The notes beneath the pieces are model-generated. The model saw only the letters and a list, made by a program, of their open reading frames with translations, did not search any database and had not been told where the DNA came from. From IMG/VR virus record IMGVR_UViG_3300024294_000597: a DNA stretch of 64,000 nucleotides; one strand, given 5' to 3'. The DNA is from a virus. Below, piece by piece: positions 46,703 to 56,208 of the stretch. Made by a program: the position numbers and the translations under genes. Positions within the stretch are counted from its first letter, which is position 1. Every line of letters begins with the position of its first letter.

Positions 46703-47166
46703 GTCGAAAAATCAATATTTTTTAACTTTTCAGTAAGTTCATGGTATGGTCGTAATCTTGGATCTGTCTTGTCGTTTTGATTAAATTGTAGACCATATCT
46801 CCAGCCTTCCTCTACTCGGCTAGAAACCCATCTATTGTGTCGCATTGATGATAAATCTATTTCGGTCTCACCCTCTGGGATGTCAAATTTTTCACTGGTA
46901 GTAATTTCCATAGTAAAATCTTTATCAGTCCATTTTTGCAGTAGTTGTAATACAACTTCCGCCTCCGCTTCTGTGACGGCTCTATTCATACGAAAATCAT
47001 ATACGTGAAAATCATCAAGCATATGATACACTACTGCGGTACCGTCTTCTCTTGGTTCAAAGATATTGGCAATAGCTTTATCCAGAACAGTAATCACGCC
47101 TTTAATATCGTGTTTATTCCATTCTTCTTTCATTGATAATCTAATGTGATGTTTGAACTGTGCCAT
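46699..47166 (-). CDS. Protein with C-terminal RyR domain
   Basis: HNRWVSSRVEEGWRYG...DPRLRPYHELTE. Confidence 0.7.
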   Translation of the reverse strand: MAQFKHHIRLSMKEEWNKHDIKGVITVLDKAIANIFEPREDGTAVVYHMLDDFHVYDFRMNRAVTEAEAEVVLQLLQKWTDKDFTMEITTSEKFDIPEGETEIDLSSMRHNRWVSSRVEEGWRYGLQFNQNDKTDPRLRPYHELTEKLKNIDFST

Positions 47167-47181
47167 ATCTAAATTCCAATA

Positions 47182-47508
47182 TTAATATTCTTTCGGGCCT
47201 TTTGCCTCTTGTTTTTCTATAGCTGTATCTCTTGTATCTGATGCTTTCACCATTGTTGTTCCACTACGTACTTCAACTTGCTCAAACTTACTTGAACTTG
47301 AATTAACATATAAACCGAACCATGCCGCTCCAGCGCCTACAATTACTGATACCAATCCCGCTTGTTGTGTATTCGGGTCTGGTAGAGCCATAAACCATTG
47401 CGTCACATCATATAACAAATAAATGTACATACTAATAAACGCTCTTGGAAAAAGTCTCCATCTGCTAAAATATTCTGGTGCATTCCACCATATACTATTT
47501 CTATTCAT
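47182..47508 (-). CDS. Small 2-TM late membrane protein (holin-like)
   Basis: WRLFPR, two TM segments, charged tail; GATAAATA at 47546-47553. Confidence 0.55.
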   Translation of the reverse strand: MNRNSIWWNAPEYFSRWRLFPRAFISMYIYLLYDVTQWFMALPDPNTQQAGLVSVIVGAGAAWFGLYVNSSSSKFEQVEVRSGTTMVKASDTRDTAIEKQEAKGPKEY

Positions 47509-47612
47509 TTCTTTATCCTCGCCTTTGATTATCTCTTATCATATGTATTTATCATTTGGAAATGGTGAGGTTGCGTGAATAGAGGGATTAATCTCATTAA
47601 ATTATGCAGTGA

Positions 47613-48200
47613 TTATGGTCTGACAAACCAATCTATTCGGGTGATATCAAGACCGGCAGTCGGCCTAGGTTCAGTATTAAGATATTTACAAAAATTAAGA
47701 TAAGACTCATCTAAGTTATTAGGGTCACGCATTTTACCCCAATTCCAAAAATCATTGATATGCAACTTATAATGATTATAACCTTTGATTTCTAATAACC
47801 ATTGTTTATATTCTTTTCGATTGGGAGCATCTATTACTCTATGTGGATTATTTTGATTTGAACGATGATGCAGATGTTCTAAGTCTGGTATAATAACTAT
47901 TGGCTTGGTAGTTGATGCATCTGCATCAAGCACCTGATGAGGAACTTGCGATTTAACGGCTATATCATAATTATTAAGTATAGCATCTTGTGTGGATTTA
48001 GAGATAGGTCTAGGGCTTTTTTTATTTAATACTAAATTTAAATCTTTATCTACATGCAAAGGCCCATCTAATTGCCGTGCGATACCAGTATCATTAATAG
48101 AAAAGGCTGTTGGTACTTGATAAAAGTTTCTATGTAGATTTATAAAATGACAAACTACACTCCCATAAGACCCAGGCCAAAAGACAACTGGATAAATCAT
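47613..48200 (-). CDS. P-loop/sulfotransferase-like hypothetical protein
   Basis: VFWPGSYGSVV N-terminal loop; likely start MIYPV. Confidence 0.45.
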   Translation of the reverse strand: MIYPVVFWPGSYGSVVCHFINLHRNFYQVPTAFSINDTGIARQLDGPLHVDKDLNLVLNKKSPRPISKSTQDAILNNYDIAVKSQVPHQVLDADASTTKPIVIIPDLEHLHHRSNQNNPHRVIDAPNRKEYKQWLLEIKGYNHYKLHINDFWNWGKMRDPNNLDESYLNFCKYLNTEPRPTAGLDITRIDWFVRP

Positions 48201-48991
48201 TACGGAGTATCCGCTACTGAGCCCCAATCATCTGGCACATCGATGTTAATCCAACTACTGCCGTTATATCCTTCAAATCTACTAGTAGTTGAATTGAATC
48301 TAACCATACCTGATGTTGCTGAACCTGGTCTTTGTGCAGTTGTTCCTACTGGAAATTGTAAAGCGCCTGTAGCCGACGAACCAACTGTGCCTGATGTATA
48401 AACATCATTCCAAGTTTTAGTACTTGAACCTAAATCATAAGTTGCATCTGCATCTGGAACAATGTTTGAAACAATTTCTGCCGATAGTGCCACTGTATCT
48501 GTGTCTGCATTACCGAATGTAAGATTACCAGTTATAGTTGCATTACCTGAAACTGTTAGATTGTCTGTTATAGAAACATTACCAGAAAAATTAGCAGTAT
48601 TTGTATTAGTATTTAAAGACCATACATCACCAGTATACCCATCATATTGTAATGGTGTTTCTGCGATAGAACCCCAATCACTAGCAAGTCCGCCTACTAC
48701 TTCGTGCGGTTTCCAACTTGAAGATGAAGAATCATATCTAAGTACATATCCATCTGCTAATCCGGTTAAGTCAACATCTTCTAATTCACCTATGTAGTCA
48801 TGTGAGACTAACCATGATGATGAACTTCTATACTTAACTGTTTGTGTGTTTGTGTCAAACCAAATATCATTGTCTGCTACTGCATAGCCTGATGTATTTG
48901 GGTCACTGGTTCCTTGATAAAGGGTTACTCCAGTTTTTCCTATTTTAAAGTAAGGTACGCTGGTACCTTTTGCGTTTAATGTTACTGCCAT
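48200..48991 (-). CDS. Virion structural/fibre-like protein
   Basis: LEDVDL, YDLGSS.K.W..VY, PVGTTAQRP..GMVRFN..FEGYNG..W motifs. Confidence 0.7.
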   Translation of the reverse strand: MAVTLNAKGTSVPYFKIGKTGVTLYQGTSDPNTSGYAVADNDIWFDTNTQTVKYRSSSSWLVSHDYIGELEDVDLTGLADGYVLRYDSSSSSWKPHEVVGGLASDWGSIAETPLQYDGYTGDVWSLNTNTNTANFSGNVSITDNLTVSGNATITGNLTFGNADTDTVALSAEIVSNIVPDADATYDLGSSTKTWNDVYTSGTVGSSATGALQFPVGTTAQRPGSATSGMVRFNSTTSRFEGYNGSSWINIDVPDDWGSVADTP

Positions 48992-49087
48992 ATCTTCCTC
49001 AACGTTCTGTTTTTTTAAAGTCAGTGATTTCTCACTGTCGTTAAGTTATAGTATTACTTATCTATTTATCATAATTGTCAGAAAGGC

Positions 49088-49119
49088 AAAAAAAAGAGGG
49101 GACCCTTTCGGACCCCCTC
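49088..49119 (-). terminator. Intrinsic terminator
   Basis: GAGGGGGTCC-GAAA-GGGTCCCCTC then T8. Confidence 0.85.
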
Positions 49120-49146
49120 CCTTATATAGTATATAACAAGTCTAAC

Positions 49147-52100
49147 TTAGATTTGCTTGTACTCTGCTGTTACAATAACATTACCAGTTGATGGTGAAGC
49201 ACTTGATCCACCGTTACCGATAGATGCTGTTAGTGTTGCGCCACCTGAGGTTGCTGTTTCGTAACCTAGTTCCATAACATAGATTCCACCTTCTGATAGA
49301 TCCACGTCATTAACGCCTACTAGTGTATTTGTACCATCTGAGACAGTTAGTTCATCTGCGCCTACGAAAGCAGTTGTAACTTTTACAGTTATTTTGTTAA
49401 CGTAGTAAGATTTACCAGATACATTAGCGATTGCGCCTACAGTGAATGATGAAGAACCATTCGCCGCAAATGCTACACGCTTAACTCTGTCGTCTGAACC
49501 AGCAGTTGATGAATCAACGTATGATTTAGTAACAAAAGTCTCAGCCGCGCCACCTGACATGTCATAGCCGCTTGGAGCAACTACAAGACCGTCACCTTTT
49601 GGTGCTAGTGTAATATTAACATCTGTTGATGAACCAACACCTGCTAATTGTACTGAGCCTGTACCGTTTGTCATTGTAAAGTTATCAGCCGCTGATGATG
49701 TCTCTACGAATGTAGCGATAGCTGTATCATCTGCACCTTTAACTTGTACATTACCGTCTGCTGAACCACCGTTACCACCTTTGATGATAACTGCGCCAGA
49801 GGCACCAGAAGCCGAACCGTTACCACCTTTGATAACTAAGTCACCTGCCGCACCTGATGATGAATCACCACCTGATACTGTTAGGTCTGTATCTGCTTCA
49901 CCCTGAATTAGAGCTTCACCTGATTGACCTACGATGAATACATCACCACCGTTCTGACCTTGTAGATACATATCTACAGCGCCTGAACCTGATGCATTTT
50001 TGGCTGTTAGTGTTAACTTGCCAGAAGCGTTAGTTAAGTCTAGGAATTCTGCTGTTCCTGATGAGGCGTTTGCCGCATCTACAACTTTAACACCTGATGA
50101 GTTACGTACTTGCTGAATGTATTCCATTGCAAGTGCTGAACCGTCTGATGTCATTACTTTGTTGTCTGAACCTGCAGAAGTGATACCTGTACCACCATTT
50201 GCGATTGGTAAAGTTCCGTCAACGTCTGCTGTTAAATCAACTTTAGCGTAACCTAGAGCACCTGAGCCATTGACTTTAAGTACTGTTGAGTTTGCGCCTA
50301 GAGCCATTTCAGTCACGCCGCCTGAGCCGTCCATAGTCATTAATGATGATGCCGCATAACCTGATGTATCAGTGTGCGTACCACCCATTGACAATGGAAG
50401 TGCCTCTGCTAGTGTGATTTCGTTAACAGTTAGGTCGTTGATAGTTAAGTCAGCTTTAGCTGAACCTACATTCATTTCGAATGCATCTGATGTTTCATTC
50501 CATAGGATTGAAGCATTATCAGAAGTACCACGATTGACTTCTACGCCACCGTTTTCGCTTGGAGCACCAGTTTCATTTGAGTTTAGAACAATAGTGTTGT
50601 CTTCGATGTTTACTGTTTCTGATAGAGTAGTAGTTACTGAACCTGAAACTGTTAAGTCACCGTTTACAACCGCATTGCCTGTTACACTCAATGAAGCTAG
50701 AGTTGAAGCACCAGCGTCAAGTGTATTTGTACCTAAGTCAAGGTTAACACCGAATGTAGCATCTGTATCGTCTAATGTCAATACTGTTGCTGATGTTCCT
50801 GTGTCATCGATACCTGTTGAAGCAAAGTTTGAAACAGTACCACCGTCGATTGCGTCACCAGAGATTTGGTCGTTAGCAACTGTTAGAGTACCTGAAGATA
50901 CATCTAATGTCTTGCCTGCACCAACTGTGATATCGTAACCACCGATTGTGTTTCCTGTAGTACCAGCTAATGAAGCCGCTGAAATTGTACCACCATGTAC
51001 TTTATCACCATTGATTGCATCAGCATCTAATGTTAGAGTCTGACCGCTCATGTCAACATCCGTACCTGAGATATCACCGCCAGTAATAGTAGCGTTACCT
51101 GAGTTTAGGGCTGTTGCTGTAACTGTTGCCAACGAAGCTGTTCCGCCTGTTAGTGTTACATTGTTTGAAGATAAAGTTGAGAAAGTACCAGCCGCCGAAG
51201 TAGCCGCACCGATAACAACACCGTCAATAGCACCACCGTCAAAGTCTACAACTGATGAAGTCAAGTTTGCACCTGAAATCGCACCACCTGTGATTTGAGC
51301 GTTGGCTGTAGTTACTGTTGAACCGGTTACTGCCGCTGGAGTAGTTCCACCGATAATAGTTCCGTCAATAGCACCGCCATTTACGTCAACTGAGTCAGAT
51401 TTCATAGTTGTGAATGTTGCGGCCGCTGATGCGTTAGCACCAATAATTGCTCCGTCAACTGCACCACCATTGATGTCTGCTGAGTCTGTTGTCATTGTTG
51501 AGAACGTAGCCGCCGCTGATGTACCAGCGCCGATTGTTGTTCCGTCTATTGCACCACCGTCGATATCTACTGTACCAGAAGACATTGTATTGATTGTGAT
51601 AGCATTAATTGTACCACCTTCAATTTTGTCACCTGAGATTTGGTCATTTGCTAGAACCAGAGTACCAGCTGATAAATCTGCTGTATCTGATGCGCCTAGT
51701 GTTACACCACCAGTTAGAACACCGTCTTTAATTGATGCACCGTCGATTGTAATACCGTTACCTACTGTGTTTTCAGCTAAAGTATCCGCTTTTACTGTAC
51801 CTGTGAAAGTTGCATCTGAACCTGTCACTGCATTATCAAATGTAATGCCTGCGCCGTTTGATAGTTCTGCGATGTTATCAACTGAGATTGAGTCCATTGC
51901 TTGTGAACCAATTTTTAGGTCTGCTAGTGCAGTGCCTACTTTGAATTCCCAAACGTCATCTGTCTCATTCCACTGTAGAGTTGCATTGTCGGCTGTACCT
52001 CTGTCAATCTCAATACCAGCTGTACCGGCTGTTACGCCTGCCGCTGTTTCACCGTTGTTTAGAACGATTGAGTTGTCAGTGATTTCAGTGTTAGTTGTGT

Positions 52101-53931
52101 TAATTGATGTTAGAGTACCGTTAACTGTTAAGTCACCAGTTACTGTTACATCACCACCGAATGAAGCATCACCGTTAGCATCTAGTGTTAGTGCTGTTGA
52201 TGTTGCATTATCATCGATACCTGTTGATGCGAAGTCGGAAATAGTTCCGCCATCGATTTTGTCACCTGAGATAGCATCGTTATCGAATGTCAGTGTTTGA
52301 CCTGTCATATCGATTGATGTACCTGATACAGAACCACCTGTGATAGCCGCGCCTGCAGTTGTCATAGTTGAGAATGTACCTGCCGCTGATGTAGATGCAC
52401 CAATGATTGTTGCGTCTACTGTACCACCGTTAATGTCTGCGGTTGTCAATGTTGCGTCTGCGAATGTTGAAGTACCAGTTGCTGTTACGCCAGCATCTTT
52501 TAGTGATACGCCATCAATAGTAACACCATTACCTACAGTTTTTTCACTGATTGTGTCAACGTTTAGAGTATCAGTTGTTGTTGAACCTGCACCTGAGATG
52601 CCTGCACCAGCAACGTTAATACCTTGTGTTGTAACGATTAGTGAGTTGAAAGTAATGTCGCCACCGTTAGTGTACGCTTCGATTTCATCAACTTTTAGAG
52701 TTCCAGTTACGTTAGCATCTGCAAAAGTGGCATTCGCCGCCGTTGTAGCACCAATAACTGTTGCGTCAATGTTACCACCGTTAACGTCAACTGAGTCAGA
52801 TGTCATTGTTGAGAATGTACCTGCCGCTGATGTTGTTGCACCGATGATTACGTTGTCCATTGCTGAACCTGCCGCACCGTCTACGTCTAGTGTTCCGTCA
52901 ACGTCTAGTGTTTTACCAGCACCAACAGTTACATCAAACTGAGAGATAGTTACGCCTGTGCCACCTTGTAGGTTTGCAGAGTCGATTGTACCACCAGAAA
53001 TAACGTCACCTGATAATTGGTCGTTTGCTAGAGTTAATGTACCACCTGATAGGTCTACAGTACCACCAGTAATTGCTACTGAGTTAGCATCTTGTACAGA
53101 CATTGAACCTAGGCCCAAGTTTGAACGTGCTGTAGCTTTACCTGATGTTTGTGATGCATCTACACCTAAGCCACCGTTGGCTAAGCCTAGAGCACCTGAC
53201 ACTGCATCTGATGATGTTAGGTCAACTGCGCCATATGCCACACCGCCTGAACCATCTGATAATAGTGATTGACCAGTTGTTGTAGTACCTTTGATTGTTA
53301 GTTCATCTGAACCATTAACCATGATGTAAGTACCATCAACGTTTACGTTTAGTGTATTACCTGCTTTTGATAAGGCGTCACCAGCTGTGATTTGGCCTGT
53401 ACCTGTAAATTTAGTGAATACGATGTTTGATGAACCAACTGTAATTGGACCATCAGAAGTCATAACGTAACCTTGGTCTGAGTTTACTGTACCTTCTTCA
53501 ACAAAGAAGAATGCACCAACGAATTCGCCAGCCGCGTCCATGTCTGATGCTCTTGTTAGACCACTAGATGCATATTCGTAGATACCGTTTTCGCTTTGTG
53601 TTGTTTGATCCTTTAGAAGGACTCTGTCACCAGCATTTAAGTTTACACCGTCAAGTGTACTTGCTGGAGTAGAAATGTTTACGACACCAGTTGAAGCAAC
53701 ACGCACTGAGTCTTTTACATCAAGACCTTGTGCTACTGAATCAACATAGCTTTTGTTTGCCGCATGGTTGTCCGCTGTAGGTGTTGCTACGTTCATGTTG
53801 CCAAGTGTAGTACCGTCAGTTGTTACTTTGAACAGGGAATTACCTGAATCATATACAACACGACCGCCCGACTTACCGAACTGAACATCAGCACCAATAC
53901 CACGGATACCAAAGTTTTTAATGTCAGCCAT
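49147..53931 (-). CDS. Large Gly/Thr/Asp-rich fibre protein
   Basis: KDSVRVAST..GDRVLLKDQ..ENGIY domain; many IDGG.IDG..IGA...AA.TF.T repeats; two DN.IVLN..RGT..WNET.D repeats. Confidence 0.8.
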   Translation of the reverse strand: MADIKNFGIRGIGADVQFGKSGGRVVYDSGNSLFKVTTDGTTLGNMNVATPTADNHAANKSYVDSVAQGLDVKDSVRVASTGVVNISTPASTLDGVNLNAGDRVLLKDQTTQSENGIYEYASSGLTRASDMDAAGEFVGAFFFVEEGTVNSDQGYVMTSDGPITVGSSNIVFTKFTGTGQITAGDALSKAGNTLNVNVDGTYIMVNGSDELTIKGTTTTGQSLLSDGSGGVAYGAVDLTSSDAVSGALGLANGGLGVDASQTSGKATARSNLGLGSMSVQDANSVAITGGTVDLSGGTLTLANDQLSGDVISGGTIDSANLQGGTGVTISQFDVTVGAGKTLDVDGTLDVDGAAGSAMDNVIIGATTSAAGTFSTMTSDSVDVNGGNIDATVIGATTAANATFADANVTGTLKVDEIEAYTNGGDITFNSLIVTTQGINVAGAGISGAGSTTTDTLNVDTISEKTVGNGVTIDGVSLKDAGVTATGTSTFADATLTTADINGGTVDATIIGASTSAAGTFSTMTTAGAAITGGSVSGTSIDMTGQTLTFDNDAISGDKIDGGTISDFASTGIDDNATSTALTLDANGDASFGGDVTVTGDLTVNGTLTSINTTNTEITDNSIVLNNGETAAGVTAGTAGIEIDRGTADNATLQWNETDDVWEFKVGTALADLKIGSQAMDSISVDNIAELSNGAGITFDNAVTGSDATFTGTVKADTLAENTVGNGITIDGASIKDGVLTGGVTLGASDTADLSAGTLVLANDQISGDKIEGGTINAITINTMSSGTVDIDGGAIDGTTIGAGTSAAATFSTMTTDSADINGGAVDGAIIGANASAAATFTTMKSDSVDVNGGAIDGTIIGGTTPAAVTGSTVTTANAQITGGAISGANLTSSVVDFDGGAIDGVVIGAATSAAGTFSTLSSNNVTLTGGTASLATVTATALNSGNATITGGDISGTDVDMSGQTLTLDADAINGDKVHGGTISAASLAGTTGNTIGGYDITVGAGKTLDVSSGTLTVANDQISGDAIDGGTVSNFASTGIDDTGTSATVLTLDDTDATFGVNLDLGTNTLDAGASTLASLSVTGNAVVNGDLTVSGSVTTTLSETVNIEDNTIVLNSNETGAPSENGGVEVNRGTSDNASILWNETSDAFEMNVGSAKADLTINDLTVNEITLAEALPLSMGGTHTDTSGYAASSLMTMDGSGGVTEMALGANSTVLKVNGSGALGYAKVDLTADVDGTLPIANGGTGITSAGSDNKVMTSDGSALAMEYIQQVRNSSGVKVVDAANASSGTAEFLDLTNASGKLTLTAKNASGSGAVDMYLQGQNGGDVFIVGQSGEALIQGEADTDLTVSGGDSSSGAAGDLVIKGGNGSASGASGAVIIKGGNGGSADGNVQVKGADDTAIATFVETSSAADNFTMTNGTGSVQLAGVGSSTDVNITLAPKGDGLVVAPSGYDMSGGAAETFVTKSYVDSSTAGSDDRVKRVAFAANGSSSFTVGAIANVSGKSYYVNKITVKVTTAFVGADELTVSDGTNTLVGVNDVDLSEGGIYVMELGYETATSGGATLTASIGNGGSSASPSTGNVIVTAEYKQI

Positions 53932-54145
53932 AATTTGTTTCTCCTTAGAATAATAGCTTATTAAGGTTAAGACATATAATATTGAATATACAATACGCCT
54001 ATCTATATTTTCTCAATTTTATTTGAAATGTAATTACCGGAAGAAACCTCAGTAATGATAAGAGATTAAGAACATCAGGCGAAAGCCCGGTAAAACTCTT
54101 ACTGATAGTATTTAGCTGTTAGATTAGTTATGTTTTATACGTAGT

Positions 54146-56191
54146 TTATACGTATGTTACTGTGACTTTGACTTCGCCAGCGTTTGCATTTAGATGTTTC
54201 AGTGAACATTTAATTTCTAATTCGGTTGCACCTTCATAATGAAAATCTGGAGTTGTAGTATATGAACCCCCACCTTCAATATCGTTTTGGTCCTCTGTCA
54301 TAAATCTGCTAGGGTCCGCAGTAGTGCCTATTTCCAATGATGGTATTTGATTTGTTGGACCACCTGCATACCCACTTAAAGGAGTAATAACTTCAACTAG
54401 AACACTTACAACCCTAGAGTTATCTGATATACGACCTAGAGTTACAACTTCTGTAGTACCAAATGAACTACTTGGCATTGTATATGTGTGTGATAGAGAA
54501 TTTGCATCTGTAGAAGCACTATCTTGGGTAGCAACAATATTCCATTGTGAACCATCCCATACGTGCATTGCCCATTCACCTTGTCCAGTGTCAAGAATAT
54601 AGACGCTATCACCTGGTAATTTAACTGGAATAGCATCACGGGCCGCTATATTAGAAACAACTGTAGTTCCTGCTTTACGAACACCTTGTTCAACGTTTAG
54701 GCCAACAGCATAAGAACCAGTATGCCCACTCAAAATACCGAAATCAGTAGTTGATGAACCCACAGTATCTTGTATTATTATTTCACCGCCGTCATTTCTT
54801 TCTAATTGTAGAACAAATACGTTTGAACTACCTGCGTAAGATGTACCTAATGATGCACAAGAATTCATGCCTGCAAAGTTATTATTGTTTGCATCTGGTG
54901 ATGTATTGGCAATAGTAATAGCACTACCTTGTGCGTGACTTATTACTAAGTTTCCTGAATTTACTGATGCTGTAATATCAGTAATACCTGCCGCATTAAT
55001 ATCTGCGGCCATATCGTCTGCAATAGCAACTGCCATACCATATGCGGCTTGTCCTGCCGCTGTCGTACTAAAGTTTACTACTGAACCATTTATTGCGGCC
55101 GAGAACGGTGCAAATCCGCCGATAAGACCGTATGCTGAACCATATGTGTTGATATCTGATGTTATTTCATTTGGTGCTGGGCTTGCCGATGCTGTTACTT
55201 TATGTATTGAAGTTTTTGTATTAATATCTTGTACAGCATTTTGTACACTTACAACCCCTAAACTACTTGTTATGAATACAACATCTTCACCGTTAATAGA
55301 CATAGTGTCGCCTGCTGTTGCTTGTCCGTTAATTACAGTACCACGTGTTGTACTGGGAACTGCATCTACAAGTTTTAAGAAAATAGCAACACCGGTATCT
55401 GATAAAGTTAAATCTCCTGAACCATCAACTGCTGGATAAACAAAATCACCTTTAGTTCCAGGCAACCCTGGTACAAAATCAATAACACCATTGGCAGGCC
55501 TTAAAAGAAATCTGTTTGGTCCTGGTCCCGGGTGAGTTACAGTTCCGCATAATCTTTCAATATTACTAGGAGACGCTAATTCAAAATCTCCAGTTGTCCC
55601 ATTAAGACAAATAACATCGCCTTCTTCAAATCCATTATTAGGTTGTTCAAGTACATAGTTCATTTGTGGGTTTAGATATTTGAAACGTGAATTAACATTT
55701 GCGTAGAAGTCACTTGAAACAATACCAGTTGGTAGTGGATCCAACATAGGATCACCTTCTTCATTAATTTGAAATACTACTGCACCACCTGGTACGTTAA
55801 ATATGCCTGTACCTGATGCACTTCTGAATGTGTTATATCTTAATCTGTCTTCTACTTGACATGTTATCGTGAATGCTGTTTTTTGTGAAATACTTACAAT
55901 TTGTAACGCACGACCATCAGTCGCACCTGCGATAAAATCACCTACTACAATATCATAACCGTTAAACGCCCTTGGTGTTCTAGTTAAATGAGAACCATGC
56001 TGTACTGTTGTTACAGTCATATTTATTTCCCATCTATATGATTTGGCGTTACCGCCACCTGACCACCATGGGTCTCCTTTGCCATCATCATACTCCCAAT
56101 TAGCTAGTGGAGTTGCTGATAAGACATTGCAGGGAAGAACTTTTGCTGGGACGTTTAGGTCGATTGCACTAGTCTTATAATTAATCGCCAT
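54146..56191 (-). CDS. Virion structural protein
   Basis: 681 aa, beta-rich, inside the structural cluster. Confidence 0.65.
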   Translation of the reverse strand: MAINYKTSAIDLNVPAKVLPCNVLSATPLANWEYDDGKGDPWWSGGGNAKSYRWEINMTVTTVQHGSHLTRTPRAFNGYDIVVGDFIAGATDGRALQIVSISQKTAFTITCQVEDRLRYNTFRSASGTGIFNVPGGAVVFQINEEGDPMLDPLPTGIVSSDFYANVNSRFKYLNPQMNYVLEQPNNGFEEGDVICLNGTTGDFELASPSNIERLCGTVTHPGPGPNRFLLRPANGVIDFVPGLPGTKGDFVYPAVDGSGDLTLSDTGVAIFLKLVDAVPSTTRGTVINGQATAGDTMSINGEDVVFITSSLGVVSVQNAVQDINTKTSIHKVTASASPAPNEITSDINTYGSAYGLIGGFAPFSAAINGSVVNFSTTAAGQAAYGMAVAIADDMAADINAAGITDITASVNSGNLVISHAQGSAITIANTSPDANNNNFAGMNSCASLGTSYAGSSNVFVLQLERNDGGEIIIQDTVGSSTTDFGILSGHTGSYAVGLNVEQGVRKAGTTVVSNIAARDAIPVKLPGDSVYILDTGQGEWAMHVWDGSQWNIVATQDSASTDANSLSHTYTMPSSSFGTTEVVTLGRISDNSRVVSVLVEVITPLSGYAGGPTNQIPSLEIGTTADPSRFMTEDQNDIEGGGSYTTTPDFHYEGATELEIKCSLKHLNANAGEVKVTVTYV

Positions 56192-56208
56192 TCAAATTAT
56201 TCCTATTC

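Noticed and set aside
50372-53272. Long plus-strand ORFs of up to 332 aa
   Set aside because: Antisense shadows of the codon-biased fibre gene; no motifs or RBS.
54034-54105. Hammerhead ribozyme
   Set aside because: CTGATG is present on the minus strand, but the CUGANGA and GAAA core is not in the required arrangement.
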